Assembly (NCBI GenBank): GCA_964016885.1
Contig: OZ024743.1
Span: 207,018,001-207,082,000 of the forward strand
DNA length: 64,000 nt
Direction: 5' to 3'
DNA from: Eledone cirrhosa
Lineage: Eukaryota
The notes under the pieces are model-generated. The model did not search any database, had not been told where the DNA came from, and worked only from the letters and a program-made list of their open reading frames with translations. Below, in pieces: positions 12,901 through 27,965 of the stretch. Numbering within the stretch: the stretch's first letter is position 1; every line of letters starts with the position of its first letter. Made by a program: the position numbers and the translations under genes.

Positions 12901-15900
12901 TAGGAGCTCATCCCACTGGTCAGCTCCAGCATACTGATCCTTGGTACCATATATACACTGCTGGGAGCTCATCCCACTGGTCAACTCCAGCATACTGATC
13001 CTTGGTACCATATATACACTGCAGGGAGCTCATCCCACTGGTCAGCTCTGATACTGATCCTTGGTACCATATATACACTGCTGGGAGCTTATCCCACTGG
13101 TCAGCTCTGATACTGATCCTTGGTACCATATATACACTGCAGGGAGCTCATCCCACTGGTCAGCTCTGATACTGATCCTTGGTACCATATATACACTGAA
13201 GGGAGCTCATCCCACTGGTCAGCTCTGATACTGATCCTTGGTACCATCTATACACTGAAGGGAGCTCATCCCACTGGTCAGCTCTGATACTGATCCTTGG
13301 TACCATATATACACTGCAGGGAGCTCATCCCACTGGTCAGCTCTGATACTGATGCTTGGCACCATATATACACTACTGGGAGCTCATCCCACTGGTCAGC
13401 TCTGATACTGATCCTTGGTACCATATATACACTGAAAGGAGCCCATCCCACTGGTCAGCTCTGATACTGATCCTTGGTACCAGATAAACACTGAAAGGAG
13501 CTCATCCCACTGGTCAGCTCCAGCATACTGATCCTTGGTACCATATATACACTGCTGGGAGCTCATCCAACTGGTCAGCTCTGATACTGATCCTTGGTAC
13601 CATATATACACTGAAGGGAGCTGATCCCACTGGTCAGCTCTGATACTGATCCTTGGTGCCATATATACACTGCAGGGAGCTCATCCCACTGGTCAGATCT
13701 GATACTGATCCTTGGCACCATATATACACTGAAAGGAGCCCATCCCACTGGTCAGCTCTGATACTGATCCTTGGTACCAGATAAACACTGAAATGAGCTC
13801 ATCCCACTGGTCAGCTTCAGCATACTGATCCTTGGTACCATATATACACTGCTGGAAGCTCATCCCACTGGTCAGCTCTGATACTGATCCTTGGTACCAT
13901 ATATACGCTGAAGGGAGCTCATCCCACTGGTTAGCTCTGATACTGATCCTTGGTACCATATATACACTTAAGGGAGCTCATCTCACTGGTCAGCTCTGAT
14001 ACTGATCCTTGGTACCATATATACACTACTGGGAGCTCATCCCACTAGTCAGCTCCAGCATACTGATCCTTGTTACCATATATACACTGAAGGGAGCTCA
14101 TCCCACAGGTCAGCTCTGATACTGATCCTTGGCACCATATATACACTGAAGGGAGCTCATCCCACTGGTCAGCTCTGATACTGATCCTTGGTACCAGATA
14201 AACACTGAAAGGAGCTCATCCCACTGGTCAGCTCCAGCATACTGATCCTTGGCACCATATATTCACTGCTAGGAGCTCATCCCACTGGTCAGCTCCAGCA
14301 TACTGATCCTTGGTACCATATATACACTGCTGGGAGCTCATCCCACTGGTCAGCTCCAGCATACTGATCCTTGGTACCATATATACGCTACTGGGAGCTC
14401 ATCCCACTGGTCAGCTCTGATACTGATACTGATACTTGGCACCATTATACACTGCTGGGAGCTCATCCCACTGGTCAGCTCCAGCATACTGATCCTTGGT
14501 ACCATATATACACTGCAGGGAGCTCATCCCACTGGTCAGCTCTGATACTGATACTTGGTACCATATATACACTGAAGGGAGCTCATCCCACTGGTCAGCT
14601 CTGATACTAATCCTTGGTAACATATATACACTGAAGGGAGCTCATCCCACTGGTCAGCTCCAGCATACTGATCCTTGGTACCAGATAAACACTGAAGGGA
14701 GCTCATCCCACTGGTTAGCTCTGATACTGATCCTTGGTACCATATATACACTGAGGGAGCTCATCCCACTGGTCAGCTCTGATACTGATCCTTGGTACCA
14801 TATATACACTGAAGGGAGCTCATCCCACTGGTCAGCTCTGATACTGATCCCTGGCACCATATATACACTGCTGGGAGCTCATCCCACTGGTCAGCTCTGA
14901 TACTGATCCTTGGTACCATATATACACTGCAGGGAGCTCATCCCACTGATCAGCTCTGATACTGATCCTTGGCACCATATATACACTGCTGGGAGCTCAT
15001 CCCACTGGTCACCTCTGATACTGATTCTTGGTACCATATATACACTGAAGGGAGCTCATCCCACAGGTCAGCTCTGATACTGATTCTTGGTATCATATAT
15101 ACACTCAAGGGAGCTCATCCCACAGGTCAGCTCCAGCATACTGATCCTTGGTACCATATGTACACTGAAGGGAGCTCATCCCACATGTCAGCTCTGATAC
15201 TGATTCTTGGTACCATATATACACTGAAGGGAGATCATGCCACAGGTCAGCTCCAGCATACTGATCCTTGGTACCATATATACACTGAAGGGAGCTCATC
15301 CCACTGGTCAGCTCTGATACGTATTCTTGGTACCATATATACACTGCTGGGAGCTCATCTCACTGGTCAGCTCCAGCATACAGATCCTTGGTACCATATA
15401 TACACTGCAGGGAGCTCATCCCACTGGTCAGCTCTGATACTGATTCTTGGTACCATATATACACTGAAGGGAGCTCATCCCACTTGTCAGCTCTGATACT
15501 AATCCTTGGAACCATATATACACTGCAGGGAGCTCATCCCACTGGTCAGCTCCAGCATACTGATCCTTGGTACCATATATACACTGCTGGGAGCTCATCC
15601 CACTGGTCAGCTCTGATACTGATTCTTAGTACCATATATACACTGCTGGGAGCTCATCCCACTGGTCAGCTCCAGCATACTGATCCTTGGTACCATATAT
15701 ACACTGCAGGGAGCTCATCCCACTGGTCAGCTCTGATACTGATCCTTGTTACCATATACACACTGCTGGGAGCTCTTCCCACTGGTCAGCTCTGATACTG
15801 ATCCTTGGTACCATATATACACTACTTGCAGCTCATCCCACTTGTCAGCTCTGATACTGATCCTTGGTACCATATATACACTGAAGGGAGCTCATCCCGC

Positions 15901-18900
15901 TGGCCAGCTCTGATACTGATCCTTGGTACCATATATACACTGCTGGGAGCTCATCCAAATGGTCAGCTCTGATACTGATCCTTGTTACCATATATACACG
16001 GCAAGGAGCTCATCCCACTGGTCAGCTCTGATACTGATCCTTGGTACCATATATACACTGAAGGGAGCTCATCCCACTGGTCAGCTCTGATACTGATCCT
16101 TGGTACCATATATTCACTGAAGGGAGCTCATCCCACTGGTCAGCTCTGATACTGATCCTTGGAACCATATATACACTGCTGGGAGCTCATCCCACTGGTC
16201 AGCTCTGATACTGATCCTTGGCACCATATATACACTGCTGGGAGCTCATCCCACTGGTCAGCTCTGATACTGATCCTTGGTACCATATATACACTGCTGG
16301 GAGCTCATCCCACTGGTCAGCTCCAGCATACTGATCCTTGGTACCATATATACGCTACTGGGAGCTCATCCTACTGGTCAGCTCTGATACTGATCCTTGG
16401 TACCATATATACACTGAAGGGAGCTCATCCCACTGGTCAGCTCTGATACTGATCCTTGGTACCATATATACACTGCTGGGATCTCATCCCACTGGTCAGC
16501 TCTAGCATACTGATCCTTGGTACCATATATACGCTACTGGGAGCACATGCCACTGGTCAGCTCTGATACTGATCCTTGGCACCATATATACACTGCTGGG
16601 AGCTCATCCCACTGGTCAGCTCTGATACTGATCCTTGGCACCATATATACACTGCTGGGAGCTCATCCCACTGGTCAGCTCTGATACTGATCATTGGTAC
16701 CATATATACACTGCTGGGAGCTCATCCCACTGGTCAGCTCTGATACTGAGCCTTGGTACCATATATACACTGCTGGGAGCTCATCCCACTGGTCAGCATC
16801 AGCATACTGATCCTTGGTACCATATATACACTGTGGGGAGCTCATCCTACTGGTCAGCTCTGATACTGATCCTTGGTACCATATATACACTGAAGGGAGC
16901 TCATCCCACTGGTCAGCTCTGATACTGATCCTTGGTACCATATATACACTGAAGGGAGCTCATCCCACTGGTCAGCTCCAGCATACTGATCCTTGGCACC
17001 ATATATTCACTGCTAGGAGCTCATCCCACTGGTCAGCTCCAGCATAGTGATCCTTGGTACCATATATACACTGCTGGGAGCTCATCCCACTGGTCAGCTC
17101 CAGCATACTGATCCTTGGTACCATATATACGCTACTGGGAGCTCATCCTACTGGTCAGCTCTGATACTGATCCTTGGTACCATATATACACTGAAGGGAG
17201 CTCATCCCACTGGTCAGCTCTGATACTGATCCTTGGTACCATATATACACTGCTCGGAGCTCATCCCACTGGTCAGCTCTGATACTGATCCTTGGCACCA
17301 TATATGCACTGCTGGGAGCTCATCCCACTGGTCAGCTCTGATACTGATCCTTGGTGCCATATATACACTGCTGGGAGCTCATCCCACTGGTCAGCTCCAG
17401 CATACTGATCCTTGGTACCATATATACTCTGCTGGGAGCTCATCCCACTGGTCAGCTCTGATACTGATCCTTGGTACCATATATAGATTGCTGCGAGCTC
17501 ATCCTACTGGTCAGCTCTGATACTGATCCTTGGTACCATATATACACTGAAGGGAGCTCATCCCACTGGTCAGCTCTGATACTGATCCTTGGTACCATAT
17601 ATACACTGCTCGGAGCTCATCCCACTGGTCAGCTCTGATACTGATCCTTGGCACCATATATACACTGCTGGGATCTCATCCCACTGGTCAGCTCTGATAC
17701 TGATCCTTGGTACCATATATACACTGAAGGGAGCTCATCCCACTGGTCATTTCTGATACTGATCCTTGGTACCATATATACACTGAAGGGATCTCATCCC
17801 ACTGGTCAGCTCTGACAGTGATCCTTGGTACCATATATACACTGCAGGGAGCTCATCCCACTGGTCAGCTCCAGCATACTGATCCTTGGTACCATATATA
17901 CACTGCTGGGAGCTCATCCCACTGGTCAGCTCTGATACTGATCCTTGGTACCATATATACACTGCAAGGAGCTCAACCCACTGGTCAGCTCCAGCATACT
18001 GATCCTTGGCACCATATATTCACTGCTAGGAGCTCATCCCACTGGTCAGCTCCAGCATACTGATCCTTGGTACCATATATACACTGCTGGGAGCTCATCC
18101 CACTGCTCAGCTCTGATACTGATCCTTGGTACCATATATACACTGAAGGGAGCTGATCCCACTGGTCAGCTCTGATACTGATCCTTGGTACCATATATAC
18201 ACTGCAGGGAGCTCATCCCACTGGTCAGATCTGATACTGATCCTTGGCACCATATATACACTGAAAGGAGCCCATCCCACTGGTCAGCTCTGATACTGAT
18301 CCTTGGTACCAGATAAACACTGAAATGAGCTCATCCCACTGGTCAGCTTCAGCATACTGATCCTTGGTACCATATATACACTGCTGGAAGCTCATCCCAC
18401 TGGTCAGCTCTGATACTGATCCTTGGTACCATATATACACTGAAGGGAGCTCATCCCACTGGTCAGCTCTAATACTGTTCCTTGGTACCATATATACACT
18501 TAAGGGAGCTCATCTCACTGGTCAGCTCTGATACTGATCCTTGGTACCATATATACAATACTGGGAGCTCATCCCACTGGTAAGCTCCAGCATACTGATC
18601 CTTGTTACCATATATACACTGAAGGGAGCTCATCCCACTGGTCAGCTCTGATACTGATCCTTGGTACCATATATACACTGCAGGGAGCTCATCCCACTGG
18701 TCAGCTCTGATACTGATCCTTGGCACCATATATACACTGAAGGGAGCTCATCCCACTGGTCAGCTCTGATACTGATCCTTGGTACCAGATAAACACTGAA
18801 AGGAGCTCATCCCACTGGTCAGCTCCAGCATACTGATCCTTGGTACCAAATATACACTGCTGGGAGCTCATACCACTGGTCAGCTCTGATACTGATCCTT

Positions 18901-21900
18901 GGTACCATATATACGCTACTGGGAGCTCATCCCACTGGTCAGCTCCAGCATACTGTTCCTTGGTACCATATATACACTGCAAGGAGCTCAACCCACTGGT
19001 CAGCTCCAGCATACTGATCCTTGGCACCTTATATTCACTGCTAGGAGCTCATCCCACTGGTCAGCTCCAGCATACTGATCCTTGGTACCATATATACACT
19101 GCTGGGAGCTCATCCCACTGGTCAACTCCAGCATACTGATCCTTGGTACCATATATACACTGCAGGGAGCTCATCCCACTGGTCAGCTCTGATACTGATC
19201 CTTGGTACCATATATACACTGCTGGGAGCTTATCCCACTGGTCAGCTCTGATACTGATCCTTGGTACCATATATACACTGCAGGGAGCTCATCCCACTGG
19301 TCAGCTCTGATACTGATCCTTGGTACCATATATACACTGAAGGGAGCTCATCCCACTGGTCAGCTCTGATACTGATCCTTGGTACCATCTATACACTGAA
19401 GGGAGCTCATCCCACTGGTCAGCTCTGATACTGATCCTTGGTACCATATATACACTGCAGGGAGCTCATCCCACTGGTCAGCTCTGATACTGATGCTTGG
19501 CACCATATATACACTACTGGGAGCTCATCCCACTGGTCAGCTCTGATACTGATCCTTGGTACCATATATACACTGAAAGGAGCCCATCCCACTGGTCAGC
19601 TCTGATACTGATCCTTGGTACCAGATAAACACTGAAAGGAGCTCATCCCACTGGTCAGCTCCAGCATACTGATCCTTGGTACCATATATACACTGCTGGG
19701 AGCTCATCCAACTGGTCAGCTCTGATACTGATCCTTGGTACCATATATACACTGAAGGGAGCTGATCCCACTGGTCAGCTCTGATACTGATCCTTGGTGC
19801 CATATATACACTGCAGGGAGCTCATCCCACTGGTCAGATCTGATACTGATCCTTGGCACCATATATACACTGAAAGGAGCCCATCCCACTGGTCAGCTCT
19901 GATACTGATCCTTGGTACCAGATAAACACTGAAATGAGCTCATCCCACTGGTCAGCTTCAGCATACTGATCCTTGGTACCATATATACACTGCTGGAAGC
20001 TCATCCCACTGGTCAGCTCTGATACTGATCCTTGGTACCATATATACGCTGAAGGGAGCTCATCCCACTGGTTAGCTCTGATACTGATCCTTGGTACCAT
20101 ATATACACTTAAGGGAGCTCATCTCACTGGTCAGCTCTGATACTGATCCTTGGTACCATATATACACTACTGGGAGCTCATCCCACTAGTCAGCTCCAGC
20201 ATACTGATCCTTGTTACCATATATACACTGAAGGGAGCTCATCCCACAGGTCAGCTCTGATACTGATCCTTGGCACCATATATACACTGAAGGGAGCTCA
20301 TCCCACTGGTCAGCTCTGATACTGATCCTTGGTACCAGATAAACACTGAAAGGAGCTCATCCCACTGGTCAGCTCCAGCATACTGATCCTTGGCACCATA
20401 TATTCACTGCTAGGAGCTCATCCCACTGGTCAGCTCCAGCATACTGATCCTTGGTACCATATATACACTGCTGGGAGCTCATCCCACTGGTCAGCTCCAG
20501 CATACTGATCCTTGGTACCATATATACGCTACTGGGAGCTCATCCCACTGGTCAGCTCTGATACTGATACTGATACTTGGCACCATTATACACTGCTGGG
20601 AGCTCATCCCACTGGTCAGCTCCAGCATACTGATCCTTGGTACCATATATACACTGCAGGGAGCTCATCCCACTGGTCAGCTCTGATACTGATACTTGGT
20701 ACCATATATACACTGAAGGGAGCTCATCCCACTGGTCAGCTCTGATACTAATCCTTGGTAACATATATACACTGAAGGGAGCTCATCCCACTGGTCAGCT
20801 CCAGCATACTGATCCTTGGTACCAGATAAACACTGAAGGGAGCTCATCCCACTGGTTAGCTCTGATACTGATCCTTGGTACCATATATACACTGAGGGAG
20901 CTCATCCCACTGGTCAGCTCTGATACTGATCCTTGGTACCATATATACACTGAAGGGAGCTCATCCCACTGGTCAGCTCTGATACTGATCCCTGGCACCA
21001 TATATACACTGCTGGGAGCTCATCCCACTGGTCAGCTCTGATACTGATCCTTGGTACCATATATACACTGCAGGGAGCTCATCCCACTGATCAGCTCTGA
21101 TACTGATCCTTGGCACCATATATACACTGCTGGGAGCTCATCCCACTGGTCACCTCTGATACTGATTCTTGGTACCATATATACACTGAAGGGAGCTCAT
21201 CCCACAGGTCAGCTCTGATACTGATTCTTGGTATCATATATACACTCAAGGGAGCTCATCCCACAGGTCAGCTCCAGCATACTGATCCTTGGTACCATAT
21301 GTACACTGAAGGGAGCTCATCCCACATGTCAGCTCTGATACTGATTCTTGGTACCATATATACACTGAAGGGAGATCATGCCACAGGTCAGCTCCAGCAT
21401 ACTGATCCTTGGTACCATATATACACTGAAGGGAGCTCATCCCACTGGTCAGCTCTGATACGTATTCTTGGTACCATATATACACTGCTGGGAGCTCATC
21501 TCACTGGTCAGCTCCAGCATACAGATCCTTGGTACCATATATACACTGCAGGGAGCTCATCCCACTGGTCAGCTCTGATACTGATTCTTGGTACCATATA
21601 TACACTGAAGGGAGCTCATCCCACTTGTCAGCTCTGATACTAATCCTTGGAACCATATATACACTGCAGGGAGCTCATCCCACTGGTCAGCTCCAGCATA
21701 CTGATCCTTGGTACCATATATACACTGCTGGGAGCTCATCCCACTGGTCAGCTCTGATACTGATTCTTAGTACCATATATACACTGCTGGGAGCTCATCC
21801 CACTGGTCAGCTCCAGCATACTGATCCTTGGTACCATATATACACTGCAGGGAGCTCATCCCACTGGTCAGCTCTGATACTGATCCTTGTTACCATATAC

Positions 21901-22295
21901 ACACTGCTGGGAGCTCTTCCCACTGGTCAGCTCTGATACTGATCCTTGGTACCATATATACACTACTTGCAGCTCATCCCACTTGTCAGCTCTGATACTG
22001 ATCCTTGGTACCATATATACACTGAAGGGAGCTCATCCCGCTGGCCAGCTCTGATACTGATCCTTGGTACCATATATACACTGCTGGGAGCTCATCCAAA
22101 TGGTCAGCTCTGATACTGATCCTTGTTACCATATATACACGGCAAGGAGCTCATCCCACTGGTCAGCTCTGATACTGATCCTTGGTACCATATATACACT
22201 GAAGGGAGCTCATCCCACTGGTCAGCTCTGATACTGATCCTTGGTACCATATATTCACTGAAGGGAGCTCATCCCACTGGTCAGCTCTGATACTG
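9975..22295. repeat. Near-perfect tandem duplication, 6141-bp unit (about 103 monomers) x2
   Basis: ORF pairs share a constant 6141 offset (10018/16159, 11092/17233, 12699/18840, 14371/20512, 15388/21529). Private variants are shared, such as TATAGATTGCTGCGAGC at 11341 and 17482. Confidence 0.93.
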
Positions 22296-25200
22296 ATGCT
22301 TGGCACCATATAAACACTGAAGGGAGCTCATCCCACTGGTTAGCTCTGATACTGATCCTTGGTACCATATATACACTGAAGGGAGCTCATCCCACAGGTC
22401 AGCTCTGATACTGATCCTTGGTACCATATATACACTGAAGGGAGCTGATCCCACTGGTCAGCTCTGATACTGTTCCTTGGTACCATATATACACTTAAGG
22501 GAGCTCATCTCACTGGTCAGCTCTGATACTGATCCTTGGTACCATATATACAATACTGGGAGCTCATCCCACTGGCAAGCTCCAGCATACTGATCCTTGT
22601 TACCATATATACACTGAAGGGAGCTCATCCCACTGGTCAGCTCTGATACTGATCCTTGGTACCATATATACACTGCAGGGAGCTCATCCCACTGGTCAGC
22701 TCTGATACTGATCCTTGGCACCATATATACACTGAAGGGAGCTCATCCCATTGGTCAGCTCTGATACTGATCCTTGGTACCAGATAAACACTGAAAGGAG
22801 CTCATCCCACTGGTCAGCTCCAGCATACTGATCCTTGGTACCATATATACACTGCTGGGAGCTCATCCCACTGGTCAGCTCTGATACTGATCCTTGGTAC
22901 CATATATACACTACTGGGAGCTCATCCCACTGGTCAGCTCTGATACTGATCCTTGGTACCAGATAAACACTGAAAGGAGCTCATACCACTGGTCAGCTCC
23001 AGCATACTGATCCTTGGTACCATATATACACCGCTGGGAGCTCATCCCACTGGTCAGCTCTGATACTGATCCTTGGTACCATATATACACTGCTGGGAGC
23101 TCATCCCACTGGTCAGCATCAGCATACTGATCCTTGGTACCATATATACACTGCGGGGAGCTCATCCTACTGGTCAGCTCTGATACTGATCCTTGGTACC
23201 ATATATACACTGAAGGGAGCTCATCCCACTGGTCAGCTCTGATACTGATCCTTGGTACCAGATAAACACTGAAAGGAGCTCATCCCACTGGTCAGCTCCA
23301 GCATACTGATCCTTGGCACCATATATTCACTGCTAGGAGCTCATCCCACTGGTCAGCTCCAGCATACTGATCCTTGGTACCATATATACACTGCTGGGAG
23401 CTCATCCCACTGGTCAGCTCCAGCATACTGATCCTTGGTACCATATATACGCTACTGGGAGCTCATCCTACTGGTCAGCTCTGATACTGATCCTTGGTAC
23501 CATATATACACTGAAGGGAGCTCATCCCACTGGTCAGCTCTGATACTGATCCTTGGTACCATATATACACTGCTCGGAGCTCATCCCACTGGTCAGCTCT
23601 GATACTGATCCTTGGCACCATATATGCACTGCTGGGAGCTCATCCCACTGGTCAGCTCTGATACTGATCCTTGGTGCCATATATACACTGCTGGGAGCTC
23701 ATCCCACTGGTCAGCTCCAGCATACTGATCCTTGGTACCATATATACTCTGCTGGGAGCTCATCCCACTGGTCAGCTCTGATACTGATCCTTGGTACCAT
23801 ATATACACTGCTGCGAGCTCATCCTACTGGTCAGCTCTGATACTGATCCTTGGTACCATATATACACTGAAGGGAGCTCATCCCACTGGTCAGCTCTGAT
23901 ACTGATCCTTGGTACCATATATACACTGCTCGGAGCTCATCCCACTGGTCAGCTCTGATACTGATCCTTGGCACCATATATACACTGCTGGGATCTCATC
24001 CCACTGGTCAGCTCTGATACTGATCCTTGGTACCATATATACACTGAAGGGAGCTCATCCCACTGGTCATTTCTGATACTGATCCTTGGTACCATATATA
24101 CACTGAAGGGATCTCATCCCACTGGTCAGCTCTGACAGTGATCCTTGGTACCATATATACACTGCAGGGAGCTCATCCCACTGGTCAGCTCCAGCATACT
24201 GATCCTTGGTACCATATATACACTGCTGGGAGCTCATCCCACTGGTCAGCTCTGATACTGATCCTTGGTACCATATATACACTGCAAGGAGCTCAACCCA
24301 CTGGTCAGCTCCAGCATACTGATCCTTGGCACCATATATTCACTGCTAGGAGCTCATCCCACTGGTCATCTCCAGCATACTGATCCTTGGTACCATATAT
24401 ACACTGCTGGGAGCTCATCCCACTGCTCAGCTCTGATACTGATCCTTGGTACCATATATACACTGAAGGGAGCTGATCCCACTGGTCAGCTCTGATACTG
24501 ATCCTTGGTACCATATATACACTGCAGGGAGCTCATCCCACTGGTCAGATCTGATACTGATCCTTGGCACCATATATACACTGAAAGGAGCCCATCCCAC
24601 TGGTCAGCTCTGATACTGATCCTTGGTACCAGATAAACACTGAAATGAGCGCATCCCACTGGTCAGCTTCAGCATACTGATCCTTGGTACCATATATACA
24701 CTGCTGGAAGCTCATCCCACTGGTCAGCTCTGATACTGATCCTTGGTACCATATATACACTGAAGGGAGCTCATCCCACTGGTCAGCTCTGATACTGTTC
24801 CTTGGTACCATATATACACTTAAGGGAGCTCATCTCACTGGTCAGCTCTGATACTGATCCTTGGTACCATATATACAATACTGGGAGCTCATCCCACTGG
24901 TAAGCTCCAGCATACTGATCCTTGTTACCATATATACACTGAAGGGAGCTCATCCCACTGGTCAGCTCTGATACTGATCCTTGGTACCATATATACACTG
25001 CAGGGAGCTCATCCCACTGGTCAGCTCTGATACTGATCCTTGGCACCATATATACACTGAAGGGAGCTCATCCCACTGGTCAGCTCTGATACTGATCCTT
25101 GGTACCAGATAAACACTGAAAGGAGCTCATCCCACTGGTCAGCTCCAGCATACTGATCCTTGGTACCATATATACACTGCTGGGAGCTCATCCCACTGGT

Positions 25201-26414
25201 CAGCTCTGATACTGATCCTTGGTACCATATATACACTACTGGGAGCTCATCCCACTGGTCAGCTCTGATACTGATCCTTGGTACCAGATAAACACTGAAA
25301 GGAGCTCATACCACTGGTCAGCTCCAGCATACTGATCCTTGGTACCATATATACACTGCTGGGAGCTCATCCCACTGGTCAGCTCTGATACTGATCCTTG
25401 GTACCATATATACACTGCTGGGAGCTCATCCCACTGGTCAGCTCTGATACTGATCCTTGGTACCATATATACACTGCAGGGAGCTCATCCCACTGGTCAG
25501 CTCTGATACTGATTATTGGTACCATATATACACTACTGGGAGCTCATCCCACTGGTCAGCTCTGATACTGATCCTTGGTACCATATATACACTGCTGGGA
25601 GCTCATCCCACTGGTCAGCTCTGATACTGATCCTTGGTAAGAAATATACACTGAAGGGAGCTCATCCCACTGGTCAGCTCTGATACTGATCCTTGGTACC
25701 ACATAAAGACTGAAAGGAGCTCATCCCACTGGTCAGCTCTGATACTGATCCTTGGTACCATATATACACTGCAGGGAGCTCATCCCACTGGTCAGCTCTG
25801 ATACTGATCCTTGGTACCATATATACGCTACTGGGAGCTCATCCCACTGGTCAGCTCCAGCATACAGATCCTTGGTACCATATATACACTGCTGGGAGCT
25901 CATCCCACTGGTCAGCTCCAGCATACTGTTCCTTGGTACCATATATACACTGCAAGGAGCTCAACCCACTGGTCAGCTCCAGCATACTGATCCTTGGCAC
26001 CATATATTCACTGCTAGGAGCTCATCCCACTGGTCAGCTCCAGCATACTGATCCTTGGTACCATATATACACTGCTGGGAGCTCATCCCACTGGTCAGCA
26101 CTGATACTGATCCTTGGTACCATATATACACTGCTGGGAGCTTATCCCACTGGTCAGCTCTGATACTGATCCTTGGTACCATATATACACTGCAGGGAGC
26201 TCATCCCACTGGTCAGCTCTGATACTGATCCTTGGTACCATATATACACTGAAGGGAGCTCATCCCACTGGTCAGCTCTGATACTGATCCTTGGTACCAT
26301 ATATACACTGCAGGGAGCTCATCCCACTGGTCAGCTCTGATACTGATGCTTGGCACCATATATACACTACTGGGAGCTCATCCCACTGGTCAGCTCTGAT
26401 ACTGATCCTTGGTA

Positions 26415-27965
26415 CCATATATACACTGAAAGGAGCCCATCCCACTGGTCAGCTCTGATACTGATCCTTGGTACCAGATAAACACTGAAAGGAGCTCATC
26501 CCACTGGTCAGCTCCAGCATACTGATCCTTGGTACCATATATACACTGCTGGGAGCTCATCCAACTGGTCAGCTCTGATACTGATCCTTGGTACCATATA
26601 TACACTGAAGGGAGCTGATCCCACTGGTCAGCTCTGATACTGATCCTTGGTGCCATATATACACTGCAGGGAGCTCATCCCACTGGTCAGATCTGATACT
26701 GATCCTTGGCACCATATATACACTGAAAGGAGCCCATCCCACTGGTCAGCTCTGATACTGATCCTTGGTACCAGATAAACACTGAAATGAGCTCATCCCA
26801 CTGGTCAGCTTCAGCATACTGATCCTTGGTACCATATATACACTGCTGGAAGCTCATCCCACTGGTCAGCTCTGATACTGATCCTTGGTACCATATATAC
26901 GCTGAAGGGAGCTCATCCCACTGGTTAGCTCTGATACTGATCCTTGGTACCATATATACACTTAAGGGAGCTCATCTCACTGGTCAGCTCTGATACTGAT
27001 CCTTGGTACCATATATACACTACTGGGAGCTCATCACACTAGTCAGCTCCAGCATACTGATCCTTGTTACCATATATACACTGAAGGGAGCTCATCCCAC
27101 AGGTCAGCTCTGATACTGATCCTTGGCACCATATATACACTGAAGGGAGCTCATCCCACTGGTCAGCTCTGATACTGATCCTTGGTACCAGATAAACACT
27201 GAAAGGAGCCCATCCCACTGGTCAGCTCTGATACTGATCCTTGGTACCAGATAAACACTGAAAGGAGCTCATCCCACTGGTCAGCTCCAGCATACTGATC
27301 CTTGGTACCATATATACACTGCTGGGAGCTCATCCAACTGGTCAGCTCTGATACTGATCCTTGGTACCATATATACACTGAAGGGAGCTGATCCCACTGG
27401 TCAGCTCTGATACTGATCCTTGGTGCCATATATACACTGCAGGGAGCTCATCCCACTGGTCAGATCTGATACTGATCCTTGGCACCATATATACACTGAA
27501 AGGAGCCCATCCCACTGGTCAGCTCTGATACTGATCCTTGGTACCAGATAAACACTGAAATGAGCTCATCCCACTGGTCAGCTTCAGCATACTGATCCTT
27601 GGTACCATATATACACTGCTGGAAGCTCATCCCACTGGTCAGCTCTGATACTGATCCTTGGTACCATATATACGCTGAAGGGAGCTCATCCCACTGGTTA
27701 GCTCTGATACTGATCCTTGGTACCATATATACACTTAAGGGAGCTCATCTCACTGGTCAGCTCTGATACTGATCCTTGGTACCATATATACACTACTGGG
27801 AGCTCATCACACTAGTCAGCTCCAGCATACTGATCCTTGTTACCATATATACACTGAAGGGAGCTCATCCCACAGGTCAGCTCTGATACTGATCCTTGGC
27901 ACCATATATACACTGAAGGGAGCTCATCCCACTGGTCAGCTCTGATACTGATCCTTGGTACCAGA
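26415..27965. repeat. Tandem duplication, 773-bp unit (13 monomers) x2
   Basis: ORF pairs 26390/27163 and 26687/27460. 773 = 13x59 + 3x2. Both copies carry the variant CATCACACTAGT. Confidence 0.88.
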
